Source of the DNA: an uncultured Pseudomonadota bacterium
Lineage (GTDB): Bacteria; Oederibacteriota; Muellerivitia; Muellerivitales; Muellerivitaceae
Direction: 5' to 3'
DNA: 64,000 nucleotides
Assembly (NCBI GenBank): GCA_963770835.1
Contig: CAVYRH010000011.1
Span: 96,001-160,000 of the forward strand
Shown piece by piece: positions 19,068-28,237 of the stretch. Both the position numbers and the translations under genes were made by a program. A model generated the notes under the pieces. The model was not told the DNA's origin. It ran no database searches and saw nothing but the letters and a program-made list of their open reading frames with translations. Position 1 is the first letter of the stretch. The number at the start of each line of letters is the position of its first letter.

Positions 19068-19189
19068 TGTCCACGACCTGTCTCCCAACCCGCCTACCTT
19101 AGCCGCCTGTCTCCAGAAGCTTTAGCGAAGGGAGACGGCGACGGTAGGAGTTTTAGTGCAGGGGGAAGCTCGATGAAAGTGGGGCGTAC
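19068..19189 (+). repeat. Left arm of 28-bp repeat with nested hairpin insertions
   Basis: TGTCCACGAC then an element like 9393-9456 carrying an extra CTGTCTCC-AGAAGCTTTAGCGAA-GGGAGACGG hairpin; no right arm. Confidence 0.7.
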
Positions 19190-19364
19190 AAAGTTGATTT
19201 AACTTGGTAACGGCTCGAGCCCCAAGTTACAATGCCGATAGAGTTTTTTCCCTCCGACGACTGCCCTCGTTCAGGCGAAATTAAATCCTAATCAATACAC
19301 TTGTTCCTTGGATATTGCCAAAAAGAAATAAGGCATTATTTTGACCGAAAGGAGGTAAACGGTT

Positions 19365-19820
19365 TTGAGTTTAGAACCTGGCCAACCCTACATGCTTGTC
19401 GGGGAAAATGACCCCGAGGCCCAAATGTCTCTGAAAAAAACGATGCAGCGGGCCGACGCACAGGACGAAATGGTTTTTGTGCGGAACGGAAAGGAAATCA
19501 TCGAGTTCCTCGACAAAGCCCTGTCCACACCCAAGACCCGCCACCGCCTGCCCTATTGCATCATCCTCAACTTGAATATGCCGCTTTTGAACGGGAAACA
19601 AACGCTCCAAATCCTGAAGGACCATCCCGAATTCAACGGTATCCAAGTCATCATTTTATCGGTCACAAAACCAAAATTTGACGTGGTTGCCTGTTACAAG
19701 CTGGGTGCCTATGCCTTTTTACAGAACCCTTCCGATCTCGGAAATTTGGTGCACATTGTTACAACCCTCCGCGAAGCGGTGCTCCCTAAACCAATTAACC
19801 GGCCCCCATCCATTGATTGA
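19365..19820 (+). CDS. Stand-alone receiver domain, degenerate phospho-site
   Basis: NGKE, IILNLNMP.LNG, VIILS; GGAGG RBS with TTG start. Confidence 0.75.
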   Translation: MSLEPGQPYMLVGENDPEAQMSLKKTMQRADAQDEMVFVRNGKEIIEFLDKALSTPKTRHRLPYCIILNLNMPLLNGKQTLQILKDHPEFNGIQVIILSVTKPKFDVVACYKLGAYAFLQNPSDLGNLVHIVTTLREAVLPKPINRPPSID

Positions 19821-19937
19821 ATAGGCGCCCCTGGCCGGGCAAATCTTAGCTATCCCAATCCGCCCGCCTTGGCTATAAAATACCGCAAGTTTTCGGGTTT
19901 CCCTGTCAGCCGTCAAGCGCCAACTGTGGACCGGTGT
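19812..19937 (+). promoter_or_regulatory. recN upstream leader (copy 3), putative promoter
   Basis: TTGGCTATAAAAT about 60 nt before recN ATG. Confidence 0.65.
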
Positions 19938-19940
19938 CAA

Positions 19941-21656
19941 ATGCTCCGCCAGCTATCCGTCAAAAATTTCGCCATCGTCGAGTCCATCTCCATGGAATTT
20001 GGGCCGGGCTTCAACGTCCTCACCGGCGAAACGGGGGCGGGGAAGTCCCTCATCGTGGACGCCCTCTATTTCCTTTTGGGCGACCGCATCAACGCCGACA
20101 TGCTGCGCGCCGGGGAAGACCGGGCCCAGGTGGAGGCCCTTTTCCAGGTTCCCTCCAAGGGTTTGGCGGTCCTCAAACTTGCCGAATGGGGCATCGACGC
20201 TCCCGGCGATGAAGTCCTGGTGAAACGGGAGTTCACCCGCTCCTCGGGCAAGACCCGCAGCTTCATCAACGGCCAAATGGCCACCGCCGCCATGGTCACC
20301 GAATTGGGCGACTGGCTCATCGACATCCACGGCCAGCACGAGCACCAGGCCATCTTCAACACCGGCCGGCACCGCCAATTGATCGACGCCTTCGGCCATT
20401 TGGACAAGCTCCTGGGCCAAACCTCCGACGCTTATACCCAATTGTCGGGCTTGTTGGATGAGCAGTCCCGATTGGGGGGCGACTCCCGCGAGATCGCCCG
20501 GCGCACCGACCTGCTGCAGTTTCAACTGCAGGAAATCGAGGCTTCGGGCCTGGAAACGCTCAACGAGGAGGACCTCCTCAAGAAATACCAGATGATGAAA
20601 TACGCCGGGAAAATAACCAAATACCTCACCGAAGCGCAACAACTGCTGGATGAGGAGGGCGGGGGCGGCGCCACCGGCCTTTTCGGCACCGCCGTGGCCC
20701 GGCTTTTGGACGCGGCCAAGCTGGACCCGGGGCTGGAAGGCATGGTGGGGGAAGCCAAGGCCATCCAGGAGGGCTTGAACCAGTTTTCCTTCGATATCTC
20801 CCAGAAACTGGAGGGTTATTTCTTCAGCGAGTTCGAGTTCCAGGAGCTTTCCGACCGCCTCGACGGCCTGAACACCCTGAAGAAAAAATACGGCGATACG
20901 GTGGCGGAGATCCTGAAATACCTGGGCCAGATTAGGGAGGAACTCAAGAACCTCACGGGCCGGGAAGACCGGCTTAAAACCCTGGGGGAGGAAATCGAAA
21001 AGGCCGCGGAACAATACCGGCAGGCCGCCTCCCAGCTGGGCGCCGAAAGGGCCCAAGTGGGGGCGGATTTGGCCCAGCAGGTCCAGCAAGCCCTGGGGGA
21101 GCTCGGCCTGGCCCAGGCCAAGATGGGCATCCAAGTGACGCCCCTTGAGGAAGAAAAAAGCCCCGTGGTGGAAAAAGGGAAGCGGCTTCATTTGTCCCCC
21201 CTGGGCTGGGACAAGGTGGAGTTCCTTTTTTCCGCCAACCCCGGCGAACCCTTGAGGCCCCTGGCCAAGGTGGCCTCGGGCGGGGAAGCCTCGCGCGTCA
21301 TGCTGGCCTTGAAGACGGTCCTGGCGGGCAGCGACGAAGTCCCCACCCTCATTTTTGACGAAATCGACACGGGTGTGGGCGCGCGCACCGCGCCCGCCGT
21401 GGCCCAGCTGCTCTCGCGGCTTTCCCAATCCAAGCAGGTCCTGTGCATCTCCCACCTGGCCCCCATCGCGGGCCTGGGCGAAAATCATTTCCACGTTTCC
21501 AAAACCTTCGAGGCCGGTAAAACCTCGGTCCATGTCGGACATTTAAAGGAAAACGAACGCATCCAGGAACTGGCCAAGATGCTGGGCGGCGAGCCCGTTT
21601 CCGAAACTTCGCTGGAGCACGCGAAGGAACTCTATGCTAAAATGCGCGGCAAGTAG
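19941..21656 (+). CDS. recN: DNA repair protein RecN
   Basis: LTGETGAGKS, IHGQH, ASGGEASRVMLA, IFDEIDTG. Confidence 0.97.
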   Translation: MLRQLSVKNFAIVESISMEFGPGFNVLTGETGAGKSLIVDALYFLLGDRINADMLRAGEDRAQVEALFQVPSKGLAVLKLAEWGIDAPGDEVLVKREFTRSSGKTRSFINGQMATAAMVTELGDWLIDIHGQHEHQAIFNTGRHRQLIDAFGHLDKLLGQTSDAYTQLSGLLDEQSRLGGDSREIARRTDLLQFQLQEIEASGLETLNEEDLLKKYQMMKYAGKITKYLTEAQQLLDEEGGGGATGLFGTAVARLLDAAKLDPGLEGMVGEAKAIQEGLNQFSFDISQKLEGYFFSEFEFQELSDRLDGLNTLKKKYGDTVAEILKYLGQIREELKNLTGREDRLKTLGEEIEKAAEQYRQAASQLGAERAQVGADLAQQVQQALGELGLAQAKMGIQVTPLEEEKSPVVEKGKRLHLSPLGWDKVEFLFSANPGEPLRPLAKVASGGEASRVMLALKTVLAGSDEVPTLIFDEIDTGVGARTAPAVAQLLSRLSQSKQVLCISHLAPIAGLGENHFHVSKTFEAGKTSVHVGHLKENERIQELAKMLGGEPVSETSLEHAKELYAKMRGK

Positions 21657-21708
21657 GGCCCGCCCCTGGGTGGCGGGGGGTCGTGATAAAAAATTTCCGG
21701 AGGAACAA

Positions 21709-22626
21709 ATGAAGCTTATCAGCCGAGTTTTGATTGCCTGTCTAGCTTTGGCGGTTGCTTTGTGCGTGGTGGTGTCGCCCGCCAGCGCGGCGGCGAAAAA
21801 GAAGAAGGAAGTCATGGTGGTCAAGCACCATCATAATGAGGGCGAGAAACCACACCCCATCAACGGCCTGAATATCTATGGCAAACCGGGATACTTTTTC
21901 AGTGACACGGCGGAGACCTTTCAAAAAAGCCAGATCGCGGGTGCGGCCCACCTGACTTTTGATACCAATGGCAATGTGCTGAACATCCCGGTAGGTGGCA
22001 GCTATGGCATCACCGACAAAATATTGGTCAACGTCAATACGAACTTTTATTCTTTCGGTGGCTATTCACAAACCATCAATGGAATAACAGTGAATGGCGG
22101 GGGTGGGAGCGGCTTGGGTTACCTCAGTTTCGGAGGAAAATATGGCTTTGGCAATGTCCTGAAAGACAGTGACAGCAACCTCAAGATCGCGGCCGGACTC
22201 GATCTATCGATAGGCCCTCTTTCCAACAACGGCGGCACGGTTGAATTCGGCTTTGATCCCTACGGTGTGGCGACTTGGACCTTGCCCGATGGGCTCCAGT
22301 TCAACGGCAGGCTGGGCGTTTTCATTACAAGCTTCAACGCAACCACCTACGACCCCATTACGGGCCAGAACGTATCCACTTCAGTCGGCTACTCCTACTG
22401 GCAGTTGGATCTGGGTGCCGCCTATCCCTTCGATCCGAACCTGACGGGTATCGCCGAATTGGCCACCAACGGTGTTTACGGCCTTGGTACCACAAGTGGC
22501 GGAACGCCCTTGCTGGTTGGTATCCGTACCGGCCACGAAGTCCAGTTGCAAGCGATGGCTGGCCTGGATCTAGGGGGCCAAGTCGGATTGTATATCGGCG
22601 GAGGCGTCGCTCTCTTTTCTATGTAA
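21709..22626 (+). CDS. Secreted, probably outer-membrane protein
   Basis: GGAGG RBS, signal peptide, Gly/aromatic beta-strand pattern. Confidence 0.7.
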   Translation: MKLISRVLIACLALAVALCVVVSPASAAAKKKKEVMVVKHHHNEGEKPHPINGLNIYGKPGYFFSDTAETFQKSQIAGAAHLTFDTNGNVLNIPVGGSYGITDKILVNVNTNFYSFGGYSQTINGITVNGGGGSGLGYLSFGGKYGFGNVLKDSDSNLKIAAGLDLSIGPLSNNGGTVEFGFDPYGVATWTLPDGLQFNGRLGVFITSFNATTYDPITGQNVSTSVGYSYWQLDLGAAYPFDPNLTGIAELATNGVYGLGTTSGGTPLLVGIRTGHEVQLQAMAGLDLGGQVGLYIGGGVALFSM

Positions 22627-22638
22627 TAGTACTTAAAC

Positions 22639-22678
22639 AAAAGCCGGTTTCCCTTAATTGGGGGACCGGCTTTTTTTT
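22639..22678 (+). terminator. Rho-independent terminator
   Basis: AAAAGCCGGTTTCC...GGGGACCGGCTTTTTTTT. Confidence 0.8.
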
Positions 22679-22734
22679 GATTAAAATTTGAGACTGGGCC
22701 ATCTTAAATAGGTTGTTAACCACGACGGCAACCC

Positions 22735-22915
22735 ATTTGAAGGCTTCCATGATGGGTTGTTCGCCTTTGGCGGGAACACGAAAGACAGGGTTGCGGTTGG
22801 AAGGAGCGATGTTGTACTTCGCATCCAATTCAAACAAGGTATTGTCAGGGAATTTCACCTTGAATTTCTTGGCTAACTTCTTCGAGTTGGCTTTCCAGGC
22901 GAATCGGCCGCACAT
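22735..22915 (-). pseudogene. SRAP/YedK family protein, 5' fragment
   Basis: MCGRF...YNIAPS...FKW, then similarity is lost. Confidence 0.7.
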
Positions 22916-23094
22916 GAATCTATTTTTATGAATTGTGCCTCAAACTGCAATATGGGCAAAGTGGTCAGGTTACATTTTCACTTTAGAATTTCGGCCACAA
23001 CCCACACCCCCGCTTCCATGCCGCCTTGTCTCAATCCCCCAATTTCCCTATAATCGGCGCTCCGAATTTGGAATAACCATAAAAAGAGCGCTCC

Positions 23095-23568
23095 TTGAAC
23101 CCACTCGTCTACCGGAGGGCCAGGCCGTCCGACACCCGTTCCGTCCTTGCCCTCATCAACCACTACTCGGCCAAGGGCCTGATGCTGCCGCGGTCCTTCG
23201 CGCAGGTGGTGGAAAAAATCAGGGATTTCAACGTGGCCGTGGACGGCGGGGAATTGGCGCAGGTGAAAGGCGCCGTGGCCCTGCATGTTGTGGGGGAGGA
23301 CCTGGCGGAAGTGCGCAGCCTGGCCGTGGCGGAGGAGCTGCAGGGCAAGGGCGTGGGGCGCCAATTGATGGAAATGTGCCTGGGGGACGCCCAGGAAATG
23401 CGCCTGCCGAGGGTTTTCACGCTGACCTACCAGACCGAGTTTTTCGACAAGCTGGGCTTCGCCAAGGTGGAAAAGCTGACCCTGCCCCAGAAGATCTGGG
23501 GGGACTGCGTGCATTGCGCCAAGTTCTCGGATTGCGACGAGATCGCGATGACTAAAAACATCATTTGA
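23095..23568 (+). CDS. GNAT acetyltransferase (short ArgA-like)
   Basis: MLPRS, AEVRSLAV, GKGVG, FTLTY..EFF, LPQKIWGDC..C.KF..CDEIA. Confidence 0.85.
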   Translation: MNPLVYRRARPSDTRSVLALINHYSAKGLMLPRSFAQVVEKIRDFNVAVDGGELAQVKGAVALHVVGEDLAEVRSLAVAEELQGKGVGRQLMEMCLGDAQEMRLPRVFTLTYQTEFFDKLGFAKVEKLTLPQKIWGDCVHCAKFSDCDEIAMTKNII

Positions 23569-23706
23569 ACCACCACCCATTGGCCTGCGGCCAAGGGCAG
23601 TAAAAACCACGAGGCCACCAAAGCACCAAGAAAGGCCAAACATGATTCACATTTCGACCTTATCCTTAACTGCGGACTGCGAACTGCCGGCCGCGGACTG
23701 CCTTTC

Positions 23707-24438
23707 ATGACAGCGTCAACCACCACCACGGCCAGCCCTCAAACGGGCAAAAAGACCACCCGGCCCACCTTGGCGCGGATCTTCGCCGCTTATTACGTGG
23801 ACCTGCTGATTTGCGGGTTCCTGGCCTGGATCGTCTGTTTCACCTTCGCGTGGCAATCCTATTGGGCCACCATGGGCTTGTTTTTATTCTTCGGACAAGC
23901 CTTCTGGTGCCGGGACCGGCTGAACCCCACGGCGGGGGAATTTTGCGTGGGCATCCGCTACCTGACATCCTCTTCCAGCCAGGTCGTGGCGGATATCAAG
24001 GTGATCCCCAACAAGCTGAAATTGAACGGGTTCCTGCTTTTCGTTGGCATCGTGGAGCTGACCCTGGCCATTCTCCTCTTCTCCGGCTGGACCTTCCTGG
24101 GGAAGGCGGTTTTTATCAGCTTTAGCTTCGGCCCGCCCCTCTCGGTGGCCTATTGGGCCCTGGCCGGGTTCGCTTTTTTCATCTGCAGCGGGTATTTCCT
24201 GAGCGCCTCCAAGGTGGCCCTTTGGGTGGTGCCCGTGGTGCATGGCCTCTTCCTGGCGGACATGCTCTTGAGCCAAGGGGCCTGGAAGACCCTGCTTCAA
24301 GCCGAGCCGTTGGCCGCCGCCGGGCTTCTCCGCTGGTTAGTGGCCGAGCCCTTTCCCCTGCAGAATTTGTTCGTTTTTTGGAGTTTGTTCGTCTTCGGCA
24401 CCTTGGCTTTTTCCAGAAAACTCCTCGTCAACAAATGA
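23707..24438 (+). CDS. Membrane protein with RDD-like N-terminus
   Basis: RIFAAYYVDL...TAGE..VGIR; multiple TM. Confidence 0.65.
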   Translation: MTASTTTTASPQTGKKTTRPTLARIFAAYYVDLLICGFLAWIVCFTFAWQSYWATMGLFLFFGQAFWCRDRLNPTAGEFCVGIRYLTSSSSQVVADIKVIPNKLKLNGFLLFVGIVELTLAILLFSGWTFLGKAVFISFSFGPPLSVAYWALAGFAFFICSGYFLSASKVALWVVPVVHGLFLADMLLSQGAWKTLLQAEPLAAAGLLRWLVAEPFPLQNLFVFWSLFVFGTLAFSRKLLVNK

Positions 24439-24607
24439 AACCCTAAAAAAAACCAAGATTGAACCACAGAGTACACGCGCCCTGAAGCTATAAAACAGCT
24501 TTGAGGCACGGAGGACACAGGGTAAGACATTGGGCGTCTGGCGAAACCTCGAAAGAAAACCAATTTTCACCACCAAAGCACCAAGAAAGATTGGACAGGG
24601 AGGGGAT

Positions 24608-24794
24608 TGTTGGTAAATATCGTGAAGATAATTTTTGGTTTAGTTCTACACTTTTTTTAAGATCTTATTCCAGGGCGTTAAAATACTCGGACTCCAATAA
24701 AAAAATAACCTTATGCACCCGTTGTGGTAATGAGGTTTTGCCTTCCGCGCATTTTTGCGGTGAATGCGGCGAACAGGTTAAATCCGCCGCCTGA
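24608..24794 (+). other. Small zinc-ribbon ORF or gene remnant
   Basis: CTRCG...FCGECG at C-terminus; start unclear. Confidence 0.35.
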
Positions 24795-25246
24795 AGGGGA
24801 ATGTTGGAATTTATAGTCTAATAAACCCAACATAATGGTTCGCCATTTGTTTATTACCGTGGTTTTTTACCGCAAATCCATCGTCCTATAACCAAAATGA
24901 AATTATGCATTTAAAATGATGAATCCCGGTGGGAAACGATATAATAAGCGCCAACTTACCCGGCAATCCTGACGTACGGCGTTCTCCGGGTAGTTCCAAC
25001 CTCAACTGAGGAAGTTCCCGGTACGGGCTTCAAAATAAAAACGGTATCGGGCAACTCCTTACCTATCAATTGTCGGTCGTGGATCAAATTTCCGTTCCCG
25101 AATGAACTCCGGGGATCAAAACCAAAACAAAATAAATGGGGATGAACCACCGGTCATTCCCCAGGCGCTTGAAAAGAGCCAAGACGTTCAAAACCGGGTT
25201 TTTAGGGTTGGAAGGGCTGTATTTTTATCAAACTCCGGGAGGGTTT

Positions 25247-26182
25247 ATGAGGCGATCGGGATGGTTTTGGGGCGTTTTCATGTTTTTGTCGTGCTTGGGG
25301 ATTTGCGCTTTGGCCCAGGCTGCGGATGTTGTTTATTTAAAGGACGGGTCGGTCATCCATGGAATGATCACCGAGGAAGTCCCGGGCGTATCCATCAAGA
25401 TTCAAACGGCCGACGGGAATATTTTCGTTTATAAGGTGAAGGCGATCGCGAAGATCACCCATAGCGCGGATAACGCCGGGGACGCGACTAACTCCGTAGT
25501 CCAACCCGGCCCTAAAGCCACGCCGGCCCCGGTAGTGGACCCCAACGCCAGGTTCAGCAAGTTCGGCTTTTTCGTCAGCGGCGGCTTTTGGGGCACGGGG
25601 GGAACACAGCAGTTCAATGCGGACCTGGAAAGCGGCACCGGGAGCACGGACTACGACTTCCTGCCCGGCTGGTTCAAATTAGGCCTGGGCTTGGGCTGGT
25701 ACACCAATAATATCGCCCTGAAGTGGGACTTCCAGGGAACCATCCAGCCTAACGACTACACCACCGACTATTATTACGGCGGCTTTTACTCCGGCAGCAC
25801 GACGGAAGACACCTACCTCATGTTCGGCGGGACGGAACTGGAGCTAGACCTGGGCCTGGATTCCATCACCAACAAGGACAATGTGATGACGTTTTACATC
25901 CCCTTGATCGTCGGGGCTTGGGAAGAGGAATATTCTTTCACCACCGACGCAGGCAGCGATACCTTCGATGGCACCTGCACGGATTTCGGAAGCGGCATCG
26001 GCATCCGGGCATTTGATAGCAGCAATTTCCTGTGGGACTGCCAGTTGGTTTACCGTGGTTCGAGCGGATCCTACCTCAAAGACGCTAACGGGAATGAAAT
26101 TCCCTATGTGAAGGGAAAATTCGTTTATGCCGATGTGTCGGGCCTGGATTTGAATTTCCAGCTGGGTTTTTTGTTCCAATAG
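25247..26182 (+). CDS. Secreted protein with probable beta-barrel
   Basis: GGAGG RBS, signal peptide, DVVYLKDGSVIHG module, C-terminal LGFLF. Confidence 0.75.
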   Translation: MRRSGWFWGVFMFLSCLGICALAQAADVVYLKDGSVIHGMITEEVPGVSIKIQTADGNIFVYKVKAIAKITHSADNAGDATNSVVQPGPKATPAPVVDPNARFSKFGFFVSGGFWGTGGTQQFNADLESGTGSTDYDFLPGWFKLGLGLGWYTNNIALKWDFQGTIQPNDYTTDYYYGGFYSGSTTEDTYLMFGGTELELDLGLDSITNKDNVMTFYIPLIVGAWEEEYSFTTDAGSDTFDGTCTDFGSGIGIRAFDSSNFLWDCQLVYRGSSGSYLKDANGNEIPYVKGKFVYADVSGLDLNFQLGFLFQ

Positions 26183-26221
26183 ACTTTTCAAAGACGAGCT
26201 GAAAAGATTAAAGTGAGTAGG

Positions 26222-26250
26222 GGGGTAGCTCCAAAGGCTACCCCTTTTTT
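26222..26250 (+). terminator. Rho-independent terminator
   Basis: GGGGTAGC-N7-GCTACCCC-TTTTTT. Confidence 0.8.
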
Positions 26251-26375
26251 ATTGAAGGCCGCATATTCTCCTTTGCTAAAATTAGGAGGACCGGCCGTAC
26301 GGAATGGGAAAGGCTTAACTTCAATTTTGAATTCGAAATTTTGAATTATGAATTAAAAGCGAAACGGCGGATCGA

Positions 26376-26403
26376 TATCCAACCCGGGGGCCAGGATTGG
26401 ACA
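26376..26403 (+). repeat. Divergent 28-bp repeat
   Basis: TATCCAACCCG GGGGCC AGGATTGGACA; last 10 nt identical to the 9786 copy. Confidence 0.6.
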
Positions 26404-26438
26404 AAATTTTAGGATGCTCTTTTAAAAGCGAGGTGACC

Positions 26439-26774
26439 ATGCTCGGAAAAATAGAAAGATTTTCTAATTGGCTATGTGATATGGATTGGGGTTGGTGGCC
26501 ACTCCTTTCTTGGCGCCCTGCCAAGAACCGTTTGATGACCCATCTCCTTGTGGTTAAATTAACTGCTACTTTCGGATCAGTTGCCGGCGTCCTTTCTTTT
26601 TTATTCATTTTTTGCATGCATTATTTGTTTTCGTGGCCCCTTTCTTGGCAAATCCTCTTAGTCGGTTCCATGGTTTACGGTTGGATTTCTTTTTTCCTTT
26701 TGTTTGAATCCTCCATTTTTTTTCTGGAACCGCAGGGCCCGACGGCTTCAAAAGATAGAAAAGTAAAGCTCTAA
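26439..26774 (+). pseudogene. Paralog of 9050-9370 with frameshift at T8 run
   Basis: DWGWWP..WRPA shared; WNRRA tail lies in the +1 frame after T8 at 26716-26723. Confidence 0.65.
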
Positions 26775-26940
26775 ACCGAGACTTCACAGATAAAAGCTAT
26801 CTAATGCTGAGAACAATTTCATCGGTTTATAAGGAATTTAATGGTTCGCAAATCTACCTGCGCTAAAGCTTCGGTAGACAGGTCGTAAAGCCCGGGGAGG
26901 GTTCAACGCCGAAAAAGGAAGCGCTGAATCCTTGATGATT

Positions 26941-28101
26941 TTAGGGGCAGACCCAATTGGCATAGATCGCCAGGTCGTAATTCTGGGCGGCGGCTAAGGG
27001 AAAGGGGCTGGGCAAAGGGAGTGTGGCGGAAGTGGTAAGGTTGATGATCGATGTGTCGTAAGTCGCCCCCAAATTGGGCCAGGTGCCGCCCGGGCAAAAA
27101 CCCTCCTCGGCCAGCCAATAATTTTCAGCGGGCAGGGCGATGCCGTTCCCGGGATAGGTCAAGGTGGTGTTAAAAGCGGCGCAGGTGGTATTACTCACGA
27201 CCGCGGTCACGGCTTGGCCGATGAGGGTGTTGGGCGCGCCCCCGGAATCGCTGTAAACGGCGCCCACCATCGTACAAGGGCTCCCTCCGCTGGTACATTC
27301 GCTCAGGACAAGGCTGGTAACCCGGCCGTTGGAGCTTAACGTGAAGGGGGTTATCCATAATGGATTGCCCGTGGAATAAAGCGCGCTGCCGGGAGTGGTA
27401 TTCCCAAAAGTACCGCTGGCTCCCGAACAGACGAAAGTGGGCGTTGAGGTAGGTGTGGAAGTAGGAACAGGGGTAAAAGTGGAGGTAGGCGGGGTGGCGG
27501 TGGCCAGCGTCATCGGGCAGTAATTGGCGTAGAGGTCCCAACCGGAGTAGTTATAACCGGCCCCCGCTACGGGAAAAGCCGTGGGGAAACCGCTGCCGCT
27601 GTAGGTCTCATAAACCCCGTTTCCGGAAACGCCCGGATTTTCGTAAAGCGCCACCGTATCCGAACTGGACGTGAGGAAAACCAGCCAATAGTTTCCGGGG
27701 AAGAGGTAAGTGGCCGGAACGGGAACCGTGTTCCAGCCCGAGTTGTCCTGTTGGGCCGTCGACTCGACGACCAGGTTCCCGGGCTGCCCCCCGTTGTCGG
27801 CGTAAATGGCGAGGCTGAACTTGGTTAGGCCTAGCTGCAGGTAGATGGAAAGGCTGTAAACCATCCCCGACTGGGTGAGCTGGAATTTAGTCCCCGCCAG
27901 GTATCCTTCCAACTGGGATGAATAGGCGCCGACCACGTTGTTTCCGAGGATGGAAAAAGTGGAGCAGACGGGGGTGGCTGTCAGGGTGGGTGCCGAGGTG
28001 GAAAGGGTCGATAGAGGCGAAACGGTATAATTTTTTTGGCAGGACAGAATGCCCGCCAACACCATACCGCACAGGGTAAATAGTTGAAGCTGCCTCTTCA
28101 T
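26941..28101 (-). CDS. Putative lipoprotein with two similar domains and PT-rich linkers
   Basis: Lipobox-like ILSC; duplicated AIYADNGGQP/AVYSDSGGAP...YWL. Confidence 0.7.
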   Translation of the reverse strand: MKRQLQLFTLCGMVLAGILSCQKNYTVSPLSTLSTSAPTLTATPVCSTFSILGNNVVGAYSSQLEGYLAGTKFQLTQSGMVYSLSIYLQLGLTKFSLAIYADNGGQPGNLVVESTAQQDNSGWNTVPVPATYLFPGNYWLVFLTSSSDTVALYENPGVSGNGVYETYSGSGFPTAFPVAGAGYNYSGWDLYANYCPMTLATATPPTSTFTPVPTSTPTSTPTFVCSGASGTFGNTTPGSALYSTGNPLWITPFTLSSNGRVTSLVLSECTSGGSPCTMVGAVYSDSGGAPNTLIGQAVTAVVSNTTCAAFNTTLTYPGNGIALPAENYWLAEEGFCPGGTWPNLGATYDTSIINLTTSATLPLPSPFPLAAAQNYDLAIYANWVCP

Positions 28102-28237
28102 ACGCGAAACCCGCCAAAAAGGATAAATTTGAATAAAATTAGGATACCCCGGAAACAACCCCTGGACAACCTCCTTCGCTAAAGCTCCTACCGTTGCCAA
28201 GGCTATAGTAAGCAGGCCGGGGGACCATGGTGGGAAT

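Noticed and set aside
869..19189. 28-bp repeats as a CRISPR array
   Set aside because: Intervals are gene-sized and variable, repeats are degenerate, and no cas genes are visible.
28210..28237. GGGGGACC as another 28-bp site
   Set aside because: The core matches but neither arm has TGTCC or TGGACA.
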